Positions 28,331 through 41,165 of a stretch of 64,000 nt of DNA are shown here, one piece after another. Source of the DNA: the human T2T-CHM13v2.0 reference genome, Homo sapiens. The notes beneath the pieces are model-generated. The model saw only the letters and a list, made by a program, of their open reading frames with translations. It was not told the DNA's origin and searched no databases. Where the stretch lies: assembly GCF_009914755.1 (NCBI RefSeq), contig NC_060931.1, one strand, 5' to 3'. The position numbers and the translations under genes are program-made. How positions within the stretch are numbered: the first letter of the stretch is position 1; every line of letters starts with the position of its first letter.

Positions 28331-30802
28331 TTTCAATATATTAATATATACTTATTTGCTGATCAAATTCAGCATATTAATGTAAATGTAACATTTTTGT
28401 AATAAAAAATACATAATTTCAAATTTGTTAAAATATAATAAATAACCCTCAAGTTTCTCTTTGTCATGAGGTTAACATCAGTAGTGGTTTATCAAAAGAA
28501 GAAAAGTTCATGCTAACAAACTCACTCTTGTTTTTTTCAATTACCTTGAGGTTAATACCAGCTTTCCTCAGATTCAAAACTTTTTGCAAGTACTTTCAAG
28601 TCACTCTACATTAACTTGAAAAAACACATAAATAGTCTTCTAATAGTATAACTTCTTTATTGCTTACATTCAAAGACTCCAAATTGTTTTAATGGATTTC
28701 TGTTTTTTCTTCTACTGAGTTAGGACAGAAATAATTTTTCCAATGACTCTGTTATCTCAGTTTAGTATTAAAACAGAGCACACATTGTTCCAATATAATT
28801 AGTCCTAACGTTCTTTTACATGGTACTTTACAAAGTTAGAGAATTATAAAATTGTGATTTTAAGCTTCCAAGTTTTTCTTCCCTGTTACCTGGAAACAAT
28901 GTACCTCCCACAATAATAGTGGAAACATATTTTTAATATACAAGTCCAAAAACCAAGCTAACTCCTTACTTTGATTATTTTTGTTTTATTATCTAGATTT
29001 CCCTTTTTGGTTGTTGTTTGTTTTTATTTTCAGAAAATAGTGCCTCAATATGCAAACAGAAAAGGCAGGACCAACAGAAAAGTTATCCCTTTCGCATTCA
29101 AAACAACTATCTTTCCCTCTCACTGCAGAAGCTATCTATCTACCTTTGGATGGAAAAATGCCACAGAGTTTTTTCTGGAATAAATGGAAACTAACATTTC
29201 TTCATTACAAAACATAGGAGGTAATTAAGACAATGAAAGTACACTACAAATTAGGTCAAGACATGAATGTTAATTAGGGACTTTCTCCTCTCCTCCCTTT
29301 CTCTCCTTCCTCTCTCCTCCCTGCTTTCTCTCTCCCTCCGTTTCCTGTGGTATTCTGGAAAAAGTACCTCACTCTCCTAAGAGCTAGGATACTCAGGTAC
29401 TACTGTCCTAGTATGATCATTATTTGTATGTGTAATTTCAGCGTAATGAATTCCTCTCTTTAGCTCTCTTGTTCCTCAACCTCAAAATAATCTCCACAGT
29501 CCTTCACTTCCTTAACTCCCTATGGTCCATCTTACAAACTCTTCTTGTCCCTGTAGTATTCACCAAAAAATCTAGCCAGCAGGGAAACAGACTCCCACAC
29601 GCCTCTCCTTTGCTTGACCACCTCTGGTGCAGGAGATAATGAAGAATTTAAATAACATCACCATGCACATCATGTTGAAGAAAAGGAGAGAGTCAACAAT
29701 CCTAAAAAATTGTAACCTCTCTCCCCTTACTCCCTTCCAACTGGGCAAGTGATGACAAAAAGTATAAGAGCACCTCCTCATCTCATGATCTGCCCAACTC
29801 CCATCATAATAATAATGGTAATAAGTACATACTTATTACTAACTTTTACTGGGCATTTTGTGCTCTACACCCTGTTTCATGTTCCCTTTAGGTCCCTTCA
29901 AGTTAAGGAGGTCAGGATAAATCTATGTGAATCGAGACTGACACATTCCACCAAAGAGTGCTGGAACTTTCCCACAGGTTATGGATCTCTTCATGGTTTC
30001 TCTACAAGAACCTGTACACATGCCTTTCTCTTAGTGTCTCAGGAGTTTTAAATTCAAGCATCACCTTTCAAAATTTTTCTTGAAGCAATTACACTCACTC
30101 TTGGAGTGAGAGCCCCTGTCACACACACCCATTAGAGCATTTATCATGCAAGATAGCACTGAATGCCAGACAGACGTTTTTGCCAGATAGACATTTTTGA
30201 ATATCTGATTCTACTAGTCTGAAAACACAAGGTCTGTATTTAATCACTTCTATATCTCCAGGATCTGGCCCAGAACCTAGTTCATGGTAGATTCTCAGTA
30301 ATGATTTATTTGTTGTTTGGTTGGTTGATGGGTTGGATGGATGAATTTAAAATTTTAAATATTTAAATACTTAGAAGGAAGTATCAGAGCTTCCTTGAGT
30401 CTCCAATAATGAATCAGTGACCCTTAGAAGCCCTGATGAAACCATCTCATTAGAGTCAATGAGGCCTATTGGGCCTAATCCAAACTTTGCCTTAGGATAA
30501 TTTACTTATATTGAATTTCAAACTGATCTGACAATATGATTCATGATAAGATAACCCACTGGGTCTATCTTCCCTCCTCTTGATTGCCATTGTCCTAGTT
30601 CAGCTTCTCCTTTTCTCACCTCTAGACTAGAGACATTGCCTTCCAAATGATTTCACATTCATTTCTTCATTCATTTAACACCTCTTTATTTACCAAAACC
30701 AAGCATTGTTTTAGACACTGGGGACACAACAGTGAATGTGACAACAGAGACTCTAACTTCATGGAGTTTATAGTTGGGAGACACAAAGAAGTTAGAAAAC
30801 AA

Positions 30803-30858
30803 TAGTAGAAGTAATAGTGGTAATAGTAGTAGTAGTAGCACTAGTAGTAGTAGTAGTA
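30803..30858 (+). repeat. (TAG)n imperfect trinucleotide repeat
   Basis: Seen directly. Confidence 0.85.
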
Positions 30859-31282
30859 ATGTGCAATGGCAAAAAGAAGGAAATGATTTAACAGACAATG
30901 ATTGTTAAATCATTGTTTGATTGGCTTGTTTGAATGGTTAAGGAAGGGCTCTCTAAGAAGATAATATTAAGGTAACTGCTGATGACAAGAAGGAGCCAGC
31001 ATATGATGACTTAGGTAAAGGGTGCTTCAAGCAGAGGAAAGATTAAATGTAAGGCTTTGAGCAGAAGGAAGCTTGGTAGAGCCAAGGCACAGAAAGAAAG
31101 CAGCAGAGCTGGAGCCCAGTGAGCAAGCAGCAAACGGGATCCAGGTGGGAGCCAGCCATGGACAACCTCCTAGGTCAAGGTGAGGAGAAAAGACCCTTTT
31201 ATAAGCAAAATGGGAAGCCATTGGAAGGTTTTAGGCAATACGGTGGCATGATACATATTTGACTTTTATCATATCGGTTAAG

Positions 31283-31594
31283 CAGGGTGCAGTGGCTCAC
31301 GCCTGTAATCCCAACACTTTGGGAGGCCAAGGTGGATTGCTTGAGCTAAGGAGTTCAAAATCACCCTGGGCAACATAGTGAAACCCCATATCTACAAAAA
31401 AATAGAAAAAAAAAATTAGCCGGGTGTGGTGGCACATGCCTATAGTCCCAGCTACTCAGGAGGTTGAGATAGGAGGATGGCTTGAGCCCAGGAGGTCAAG
31501 GCTGCAGTGAGCCATGATCAGACCACTGCATTCCAGCCTGAGTGACAGAGCAAGACTTTGTCTCAAAAATAACAATGACAATAAATAAAATAAA
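31283..31594 (+). mobile_element. AluJ
   Basis: Full dimer; TSD atatcggttaag (31271-31282) / atatcagttaag (31595-31606). Confidence 0.93.
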
Positions 31595-32104
31595 ATATCA
31601 GTTAAGTTGCTACCCAGAAAATTGTTGGGGGCAAGAATAGAATCAAGGAGTCCAGTTCAGTTAGAAGGATATTTTAGTAATCAGATGAAAATGGGGATGG
31701 CTTGGACTAGAGTGGAGAAAAGAGCAAACTGAAGATATATTTTAGAAGTACGGCTAGTGAGAACTTGGTATTAGACTAGATGTGGGATTTGTGATAAAAC
31801 AAATCAAGAATAACTCCGAGATTTTTATTTTTTATTTGAAAAGTGAAGTAAAGAGTGCTGCCATTTACTAAGATAGGGAATATTAAGAGAGATAAAATTT
31901 AGGAAAAAAATTATAAGTTCTGGTTTGAATATCTCAAATTTGAGATTTCTATTAGGCATGCATTAGAAGTATTAAATAAAAAAGTTGAATATTTGAGTCC
32001 AGAACTGAAAAGCTAGGGTGAGGGTGCAGGTGGGATGGGCAAAGTAAAGATATAAATTTGGCAGTCATGGACATATATACAGCGTTTAAAGACATGAGCT
32101 ATAT

Positions 32105-33245
32105 CTGCTTCTGACATACAGAAGAGCATGTCTAACAAAGTGATCCTTAGCAAACAACAGCTATAAACTCTAGAAAGAATTTAAAAAGCAACTACCTGAA
32201 GGCTCTGGAGACTAGATAAAGGCAGGAAGGTTTTGGAGGAAGTTGAAACTGGAGCAAGTCACCAGTACAGAGTAAATTCTCCCTCTTTTGGAGCTTCATT
32301 CTGAGGGATGTCATAGTGGTAGGGAAGAAGATAGTGAAGACACAAATAGAAAGCCTGCCAGTTTTTTGGCTGAAGGAACCAGGGGAAAATCCTGGGGCAT
32401 CCACTGCTGCCAGGGAGTGAGGAAGGACCCTGAACCAGTGTATAAATTTAGCCCAAATGTCTGGATGACCCCTTCACTTGCAGCTCTGTCTTAAAGTACT
32501 AAAATGAAATCTGAGTGACCACCCACCACACGCATGACAGCTTATATTTAGACTATGAACCAAGTTAATTGCCAGCTAAATAAAAAAACATCAATACTCT
32601 TTGGGGCAACATAACAAAATCTAGAATCTCTGCAATACATTGTTCATAACGTCCAGTATATATATGAGAAACCAGGATAATGTGATCCATCCTCAACAAG
32701 TCAATCTTAACCCAAATATCATAATTACCAGATAAAAAGTTGAAAGCAGCTATTACAACCGTGCTTATGGAAATAAAGGAAAACATGCTCACAATGAATG
32801 AAAAGACAGGAAATTTCAGCTGGTAAATATAAAATATATTTATATCTTATAAATATAAAAAGAAACATAATAGGAATTTTAGAATTGAAGAATACTATAC
32901 CTGAAATTTAAAATTTCCTGATGGACTTAACCACAAAAAGAATATGACTATGGAAAGATTTGGTGAATTTGAAAATAGATATCATAGAAATCATCTAATG
33001 GGAAGAACAGAGGGGAAAAATGTTGAAAAAAACTTAAAGATCCTCAGAGATCTGTGGAAAATTTCAAAAGGTCTATCATAAGGTAGTTGGAGTCCCAGAA
33101 GAAGATTTAAAAATTGGCCAGAGGAAAATAATAAAAAAGATGCCCCAAACTTCCCAAATTTGGTGAAAGACAAAAATGTACAGATTCAGGAAGTTTAGAA
33201 AACCCCAAAAAGAATTCATTCAAGAAAGCCACACATATCTTCATT
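32105..33245 (+). mobile_element. L1ME-type 5' end/ORF1 remnant
   Basis: gcaactacctgaaggctctggag; ccaaacttcccaaatttggtgaaagac...cagattcaggaag. Confidence 0.65.
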
Positions 33246-33455
33246 CTAGTATCTTGAATTGAGACAAAAGACAAAGACCTGGGACAGATTAAATCACTTA
33301 AAATATGGGTAGAGAAGAGGCCCAGGATGAAGCCCTAAGATCCTCTAAAATGGAGATGTCAACTAGAAAATGAAGAGCCAGTAAAGGATATGGAGAAGAA
33401 ATAGCCAATGAGGCATAAAAAAAATATATAGAAGAATGGGATGATCACACTGGTC

Positions 33456-33840
33456 ACCATGGAATATTATGCAGCCATAAAAAAGAATGAGTTCATGTCC
33501 TTTGCAGGGATATGGATGAAACTGGAAGCCATCATCCTCAGCAAACTAACACAGGAACAGAAAACCAAACACCACATGTTCTTACTCATAAGTGGGAGTT
33601 GAACAATGAGAACACATGGACACAGGGAGGGGAACATCACACACCAGAGCCTGTCAGGGGGTTGGGGACAAGGGGAAGGAGACAGATAGGACAGATAGCT
33701 AATGCATGTGGGGCTTAAAGCCTAGATGATTGATTGATGGGTGCAGCAAACCACGATGGCACATGTATACCCATGTAACAAACCTGCACGTTCTGCACAT
33801 GTATCCCAGAACTTAATGTGTAATAAATAAATAAATAAAT
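33456..33840 (+). mobile_element. L1PA (about L1PA8) 3' end
   Basis: caccatggaatattatgcagccataaaaaagaatgagttcatgtcc... 3' UTR and (TAAA)n tail. Confidence 0.92.
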
Positions 33841-34206
33841 AGTTAACTGTGTAGCATGCAGTACCATGGATCAAGTGAGATGAGACCAAAAAGTGGCAAT
33901 AAGATTTGACAGCATGGGAATTGGTAGAAACCAAGACAAGAGCAATCCCAGTGAAAGGGCAGAATAAAAAGGGCAATAAGAAGAGGCTGAGGAAAGAAAA
34001 GAAGGCCAACAAGAGACAAAGACTTCCTGGGCACCACCTCCCAACATGCCAGTCTAGAATGAACACTAAAACACCAAGGAAAATGTAATACAATAGAGAA
34101 AACTGCATTTACCAGAACTCCTCTCATGATGAGCCCTATAGGATGTTGGCAAGAATACTTTGAAAAACGTTTAAGGCAGTGATGGTGAGAAGTGAGAGTT
34201 CTCAAG

Positions 34207-35225
34207 GATCAACCAACAAAATGAAAAAGCAACCTACAAAATGAGAGAAAATAGTTGCGAACCATATATCTGATAAGGGGTTAATATAAAAATATATAAA
34301 GAACTCATACAACTCAATAGCAAAAAAATGAAACAAACAAAAAATGTTCAAATGGCAAAGGACCTGAATAGGCATTTTTCCAAAGAAGATATACAAATGA
34401 CCAGAAGGTATAAAAACTGGTGTTCAACATTACTAACCATCAGAGAAATGAAAATCTAAACAACAATTACTTTACACCTGTTAAGTGGCTATTATCAAGA
34501 AGACAAGGGATAAATGTTGGCAAGGGTGTGGAGAAAAGGAAACTCTTGTATATTGTTGGTAAGCATGTAAGTTGGTGCAGCCATTATGAAAAACAGTATA
34601 GAGGTTCCTCAAAAAATTAAGAATAGAACTACCACATAACCCAGCAATCCCACTTCTATACTTCTAGTATATATCCAAAGAAAATGAAATTCATATCTTG
34701 AAGAGATATCTATACGTTCATGTTCATTGCAGCATTCTTCACTACAGCCAAGATATCAAAACAACCTAAGTGTCCATCAGAGGATGAATGAATAAAGAAA
34801 GTGTGGTATATTATTCAGACACAATTAAGAAGAAAATTCTGCCATTTGCAAAGACATGATAGCATGCAGTAACATGGATGAACCTGGAAGACTATGCTAA
34901 GTGAAATAAGCCAGATGTAGAAATACAAATGCTATATGATTTCACTTAAGTGGTATCTAAAAAGGTTGAGCTCATAGAACCAGAGAGTAGAATTGTGGTT
35001 ACCAGGAGGTAGAGGTGGGGAAAATGGGGATGTGTTGGTCAGAGGGTACAAACTTTAAGTTATAAGATGAACAAGTTAAGGGGATCTAATATACAGCATG
35101 AGTGGAGAAGGATGTGCTCATTAATTTTACTACGGTAATCATTGCACAGTGTATACATATACCAAATCATCACATTGTATGCCTTGAGTATAAAATCTCT
35201 ATCTGACAGATATTTAAAAAAAATT
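34207..35225 (+). mobile_element. L1MA9/10 3' end
   Basis: ccatatatctgataagggg...gggatctaatatacagcatg...atcatcacattgtatgcc. Confidence 0.85.
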
Positions 35226-35231
35226 AATGCA

Positions 35232-35317
35232 TTTTTATTTATTTATTTATTTATTTTTGAGACGGAGTCTCACTCTGTCGCCCAGGCTGGAGTGCAGTGG
35301 TGCGATCTCGGCTCACT
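35232..35317 (-). mobile_element. Severely 5'-truncated young Alu (S/Y-type)
   Basis: (TTTA)n tail plus gagacggagtctcactctgtcgcccaggctggagtgcagtggtgcgatctcggctcact; flanked by tgcatt. Confidence 0.9.
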
Positions 35318-36959
35318 TGCATTATTTTTTAAAAGGAGACAGCATGCTAAAGGAAGCACAAATAGCACTAACAATCCCACTAACCCTAAACTAATCATTT
35401 ATCCATTTTTTTGCTTCCCTGTGCCCAGAGTGTCTAGCACATATTAAAATACCCAATAAATATTTGCTGAAAGAATAAATTGGTTCCAAATGGCTCAATG
35501 TTACACCTTCCTTGGATTTTATACTTTACCAAAGGACTATTTCTAATGCATATTTAGTTATAAAGGCAGAAGGGGCCAAAACAGGCATGTACCAATAATG
35601 GGAAGGCCGGAGCTGCTGAAATGTTGGTGCATGTTGAGATAGCTTTAGCTCAATTCTTTGCCCCCAGGATAAATCTACACTACATCATAATTAAACAGAG
35701 GAAGTGTCTGGGCCTAACACAATCTAAAACATCTCCCTCCTTTCGCAAAAATTATCTTCATCTGAAAAGGCATGGAGAGTTCACTTGTTTAACTGAAGTA
35801 GTTTGATGTTGTTTGTTTATCAGTCCTTAATAGAAAAGAAGAAAACAATTATGCCCAGGAGATTTTCTTTTTAAACCCCACATTTATACAGCATTGCATT
35901 CTTTTTATGCATTCATTCTTGATCACAGAATCATGTATTCACTCCATCATTCATTCATCATTTATTTTATCCCTGTATGTAGTTATCCAGATGGAGCATA
36001 AGACTATCATAGTGTTTTTATAAAGTAAAAGTCTGCTTCAATAAAGACCCTACACAATGTTAAACCCAACATGTACTGTGAAGGGAAGTTTGCTTCCAGA
36101 AACCAGATTTCATGCTGCAAGCAAAGATGCATAGCAATCAATCACAGCAATCTAAAAATAGACCAAGATACACCCCAGCCCCAGCACTTCCATTCTTCAT
36201 TCTTCAGTAGGAAAAACCCCAGAGTCACCTGATTCCTCAAGGGCTGTGCGACTGCAGCACCTTTTGAGTCCATGCTCCATTTTCTAGGCAACACAATGAA
36301 ACCAATCCCTGTCATATGCTTCGCTTAGGTGTCACCATTATTAAAAAGCAATGTGGAGGCTGCCTGGGAAAAAGCTGATTAGCAACCATGGTTAAATAAA
36401 AGCCCTAAAATAAAATAATCAACCTGATGGGGAATGGTCTCATCGCCACCTGTTGTATTTCCTCCATCCCCTGGAGAAGCAGCAGAAGGGTAAATGACCA
36501 AGGCTGTTCATCATCAGATTAAATAACAAAAAGAGCCAATAATCATTTTCTACTTCAATATTTGTTATACAATTTATTCGACCTATTATTCAAGTTTTGT
36601 CTACATCAGTTGAAAGAGTGCTTCCTGTCTGGAAGCAACATTAATAGTGAATAGGTAAGAGAAAAGAGATGTGTCTATCCATTCAATTCCCCATCCCCTC
36701 CTCCTTCCCTCCAATTCTCTTTGACATCATCCCAGTGTGTACAAGGAAATGGTTACTTATAGTAAGTAAGAGGTTTGCATCCATCCATAAGTGTTTACAT
36801 CTCTGATTGGTCAATTGTGTCATAATTTAGCATACCTTTTATGTCAAAATCCCCAGGTTTTTCCAGGATTACTTATGGATTGAGTCCATTTATTTTTGTA
36901 TTTTACAACTCCCTATGAGAATTTAGCATGGCCATTTGTCAGTTATCTCTGGCAAAGAG

Positions 36960-37250
36960 GTAAAATACAATGGTGTAGTAGAAAACAAAGAATGGCAGCC
37001 AGGGATAATATAAGTAGCAATAAATTTTGAATCAGGAGTCCTGGGTTCAAATTCTAGTTTTATATCCTTTTGAAACATGTGCCATATATATTTAGTGAGA
37101 ATTTTTTCAAGCTGAGTTCTTACTTTATTAAAAAAATTTATCCCAAACTAATGTACCACATAGTAGTAATCTATTTTCTTGTCTAAAAAGTTGGGATAAT
37201 AAAATAACTTAGAGGTGTGTTATGAAAAATAAATGAAATAAATGTGAAAG
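36960..37250 (+). mobile_element. MIR SINE fragments
   Basis: gaatcaggagtcctgggttcaaattctag; ttttcttgtctaaaaagttgggataat. Confidence 0.55.
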
Positions 37251-37813
37251 GGATATTCCAATATGAGATCCTATTATTAATAATGTCAGTACATAATTAT
37301 ATCAACAGATCCTCAGAACTCCTTATGCAAACTGATGTTCTCCCACCAAACCTTCACCCAAGACACTGACAAGCTGTAATTTTTTACTGTTTGAATTTAG
37401 CACACTCTCCTTGCCCCATCATCTGGCCGTAATGAAGGTGTTAGCAGCTGGGAAACACAGAATACTGGGCAGACCAAGATAAGAGAGAAAACAATAAGGT
37501 CAGGGACCATCACTCCCTGAATACCCAAGAGTTGAGGTTTGTGGGCATTAATGAGTAATAAAAATTATTAATTAATTAATTAAAACTCACTGCAAATGTA
37601 GTTTTGTTTGTAGTTGAGGATTGTTAATTCCAGCTTATATAGATAAACTGACAAATAACTTACAGTGAAATTTTCTAAATGTTGACCCATAGATCATTTT
37701 TATCATTTTTTTCATCAATTTACCCATCCAAATTATTAAATTCATAAATAGACATTAGTAATCCTGAGTCTCTCACTTCCTCAGAATTTTTTAATTTGAA
37801 AGGTTTAGAGAAA

Positions 37814-37950
37814 AGTGCTGTGCAGTAAAACTTTCTGCAATGATGGAAATGTTTCATAATTTGCACTGCCCAACAGTACCTAGTGTAATGGAGGAAAATG
37901 TACCTAGTGTAATGGAGGAACTCAGTTTGTAATTTTATTCAATTTCAGTT
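37814..37950 (+). mobile_element. MER3 fragment with internal 21-bp duplication
   Basis: aactttctgcaatgatggaaatgtt...gaggaactcagtttgtaattttatt. Confidence 0.75.
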
Positions 37951-38041
37951 TCAACATAAATAATTAACCAGAGTTGATATGCCAGAAACTATTCAGATAC
38001 CTCTATCCTGGTGGAAATTTGAAAAGAGGGAGTAATCAATC

Positions 38042-38262
38042 TTTGTTTTTTAGAAATAGGGTCTTTCTCCATCACCCAGGCTGGGGCACAATGGCATGAT
38101 CACGGCTCACTGCAACCTTGAACTACTGGGCTCAAGTGATCCTCCCGCCTCAGCCTCCCAAGTAGCTAGGACTACAAGCAGGCAACACCAAAATCAACCT
38201 TTTTTTTTTTTTTTTTTTTTTTTGAGACCAAATCTTGCTACATTGCCCAGGCTGGTCTCAAA
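38042..38262 (-). mobile_element. AluJ, 5'-truncated
   Basis: Right arm, poly-T linker and part of left arm; flanked by aatcaatc. Confidence 0.88.
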
Positions 38263-38529
38263 TCAATCATTCTTTAGACATGATTTAGTGAGAGTCCTTC
38301 AAACTCTGTGAAGAGAATGAACCAAACAACCAATTCAAAAGGGAGGAAGAAGTATCCATATTTTAATCAATCAGGCCAATAGCCAGCCTCATGAGTTATC
38401 TCAGTGTCCCTGTTTGCTTGGACATGCAAAAGGTTTGACGTACTCAGATGCTCCTCCCTCTTAATAGAATCCAGGAATCCAGGGGTTTTTCCAGGTAAAG
38501 TGTAATCATTGCATCAGAGGAGACTGATG

Positions 38530-39020
38530 CTTCCAAGCTTTGCCTCAGGAATTGATCCTGATTGGTATAAACCTATTATGGTGGCCCATGATTTAGACAC
38601 TAACTTTTTGATGTAATTTTAGCCAATGAGACATGAAGAGTAGTCAGCTGGAGAAGGAAGGATGTGGGTAGGGTTATTTTTGAAAATAGGTTCCTCCTCC
38701 TTAACGAAGACACTGGAAGAGATATCTCATCTTCTGCCAGAGCTGTCATCTATGAACATGATGCTTGGAACCTCAACAGCCATATTGTGACTGTGAGGAG
38801 AGCTGGTCTAAGGCCTAACCATCATGCTGAGGATGACAGAGCAGAAAGCTGGAAAAAACCTGGGCATTGGATGACAATGCTCAGCCTCTGAACCAACCAA
38901 TCCTGGAGTTATCCTACTACTATTCTTCTACATATGTGCAATAACATAAATATTCTTTTGATTCTTCTGGCCACTTTGGGTTGGATTTTCTGTTACTTGT
39001 GCCCAAAGCATTCTGATGCA
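38530..39020 (+). mobile_element. MLT1J/K-type LTR
   Basis: agccaatgagacatgaag...gctgaggatgacagagcagaaagctggaaaaaacctggg...ggattttctgttacttgtgccc. Confidence 0.75.
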
Positions 39021-39029
39021 GTTGCCATC

Positions 39030-39230
39030 TATTAAGTGCTGGATAGGCACTTAACAGGCATTATTTCATTTAATCCTTATGACAACCAACCAAAGCAAAT
39101 TTCAAACTCCATTTTGCAGGTGAGAAATCTGAGGCTCAAGCAAGATGAAGTTACAGTGGTCACCTGACTAAGAAATAGCAGTGTCAAGACTGAAACTTGG
39201 GTATCTTGATCCCAAAACCCACATACTTCT
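39030..39230 (-). mobile_element. MIR SINE
   Basis: cattatttcatttaatccttatgacaacc...ccattttgcaggtgagaaatctgaggctca. Confidence 0.75.
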
Positions 39231-40009
39231 CTTCCAGCCTCTGCCTCTTAGAACCGTATGTCACAAAGAGCATGTGAATTAGCAGACCAGTCAGAGTGGC
39301 CTGTTTCCTGCACTCAGCTGCATTACTTTCACATCATCTGTGGATTCTCACGTGTAGAATAAAGTGATCTGCCTAGATGATCTCATCCAACTATGATTAT
39401 AAATGGAAAACAATTAAAGCTGTGATTCATTTCAATTTTTATTTCAAAAGCATTCCCTTCACACTTTTCCTGACAGCTGAGAAAGCAGGCTTTGAAGCGG
39501 AAACTCTACCTCCCATCAGACATTCTGCAGGTCCCTCTCTGACTTTCTGAGGCCTTAAGCTTGGCTAGGTAGGTAGGGTATGATTGGGGCTGTTACAAGA
39601 CAAAGCACACCTTTTACCCACTTCCCTTACCAGCCAGCAGGGTGCCTCAGCACTTTGGCCTGCCACAGAGGCTGGTGCCTCAGCGTGCCCACTCGAGAGT
39701 GAGGATGTGGGATGTATAATAGAGGCAGGGAGTGAATCCAGCAGCATCTTGCCACTATTAGCCAACTCCAAGGTGTGCTACTTCACAGAATAATTATATG
39801 CTAAGTGGTTCATTCACTTGCTTTGTTTTGATTCCCTATGGACTCTCTCTCTTACCTGTGGAATAAAAATTTCTAAGACTCCTCATTTGGTTGCCAGGGA
39901 AATAGCTTTAAGGCCAAAATTTATGTCCGCCTTTCAGGCTGAAGTCTATTTAAAAACTTTGAAAGCATTTAAGTGGGGAAGCAAAAAGAATAGGATGTTC
40001 CAAAATAAG

Positions 40010-40838
40010 TAGCTATTCCTCCTGCCAGGAGGTGGAGCTTAATCCCATCCCTCATAAGTGTGGCTGGACTTAGTGAACTGGTTTCCAGTGAATAAGAGTA
40101 TGGAAAGGACATATAGTCCCAGCTACTAAGAAAGCGAGAGAATAGCTCAAGGACAGGAGTTCAATGCTGTAATGTGCTATTATCATGCCTGTGAATAGCT
40201 ACTGCACCCCAGCCTGGACAACATAGCAAGATCCCCATTTCTAAAAAAAGAAAAAAGAGCATGGAAAGGGGAATACGGTAACTTTAAAGTAGAGAAATTT
40301 GGCAAACACTACCTTAATTAAGTGATCAAGTCTAGCAAAGTGAGTTAGTCATGTGGATACCACATATGCCTGGTAGGTTGTGATGAGGAGAGAACTTCAC
40401 TTCTGTGATCTTCCTCCTAAGATCATAAAACCCTAAACTAATTGGGAGAAAAAATATCAACAAACCCAAACAGAGAGATGATATTTGACCAGTATTCCTC
40501 AAAATTGTTGAGGTCATCCAAAGGAAAGAAAGACTGAGACACTGTCACAGACCAGGGGAAACTTAAAGAACAAGGACAACTAAATGCAGTGTGGTACCCT
40601 GGATGGGATCCTAGAACAAAAAAAGGACATTGGTAGGGAAATTGGCAAACTCCAAATAAAGTTTGAAGTTTAGTCAATAGCCATGTACTAATGTTGCTTT
40701 CTTGTTTTGACAAAGATACCACAGAAATATAAGATGTTAACGTTAGGAGAAACTGGGTGAGGTATATGGTGACACTCTGTATTGTCTTTGCAACTTCTCT
40801 GGAAAACTAAAATTATTCCCAAATAAAAAGTTTATTTA
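40010..40838 (+). mobile_element. L1MD/L1MC 3' end
   Basis: ggaggtggagcttaatcc...ggacaactaaatgcagtgtggtaccctggatgggatcctagaac...aataaaaagtttattt. Confidence 0.8.
40109..40254 (+). mobile_element. FAM / 7SL-derived Alu monomer fossil
   Basis: tgtgctattatcatgcctgtgaatagctactgcaccccagcctggacaac is FAM/7SL-like; TSD aagagtatggaaagg / aagagcatggaaagg. Confidence 0.8.
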
Positions 40839-41014
40839 ACACCCACCCCCCAAAAAATAATAGAAGGAAATGAAATAGCTGGCCTTTTTTTAGTTTGTCC
40901 ATGACCACACACATGTCTGTCGCTGACTCTGTGCACTTACACCTTCTGCAGTTGGGTTTTGAGTGGGAATGAAAAGTAGGTTATGAGAAGACAAAGAGAA
41001 TAGGACAATTTTAA

Positions 41015-41165
41015 ATAAAGAGGAAAAGGAGAGGAGAAGAAGGAGAAAGTGATAGATAAGGAAGAGAAGAAGAAAAGGCAGAAGGAGAAGGGGGAAGGAG
41101 GAGGAAATAGAGGAGAAGGAACAATAGGAAGAGGGGAGAAGGGGGATAGAGGAAGGTACAAGGGC
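41015..41165 (+). repeat. GA-rich polypurine tract
   Basis: Seen directly. Confidence 0.85.

Larger units (their letters stand above)
30655..34010 (-). mobile_element. L2 element interrupted by AluJ, L1M and L1PA
   Basis: Antisense L2 motifs from cattcatttaaca through gggaagccattggaaggtttta, gatataaatttggcagtcat and tcaagtgagatgagacc. Confidence 0.7.
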
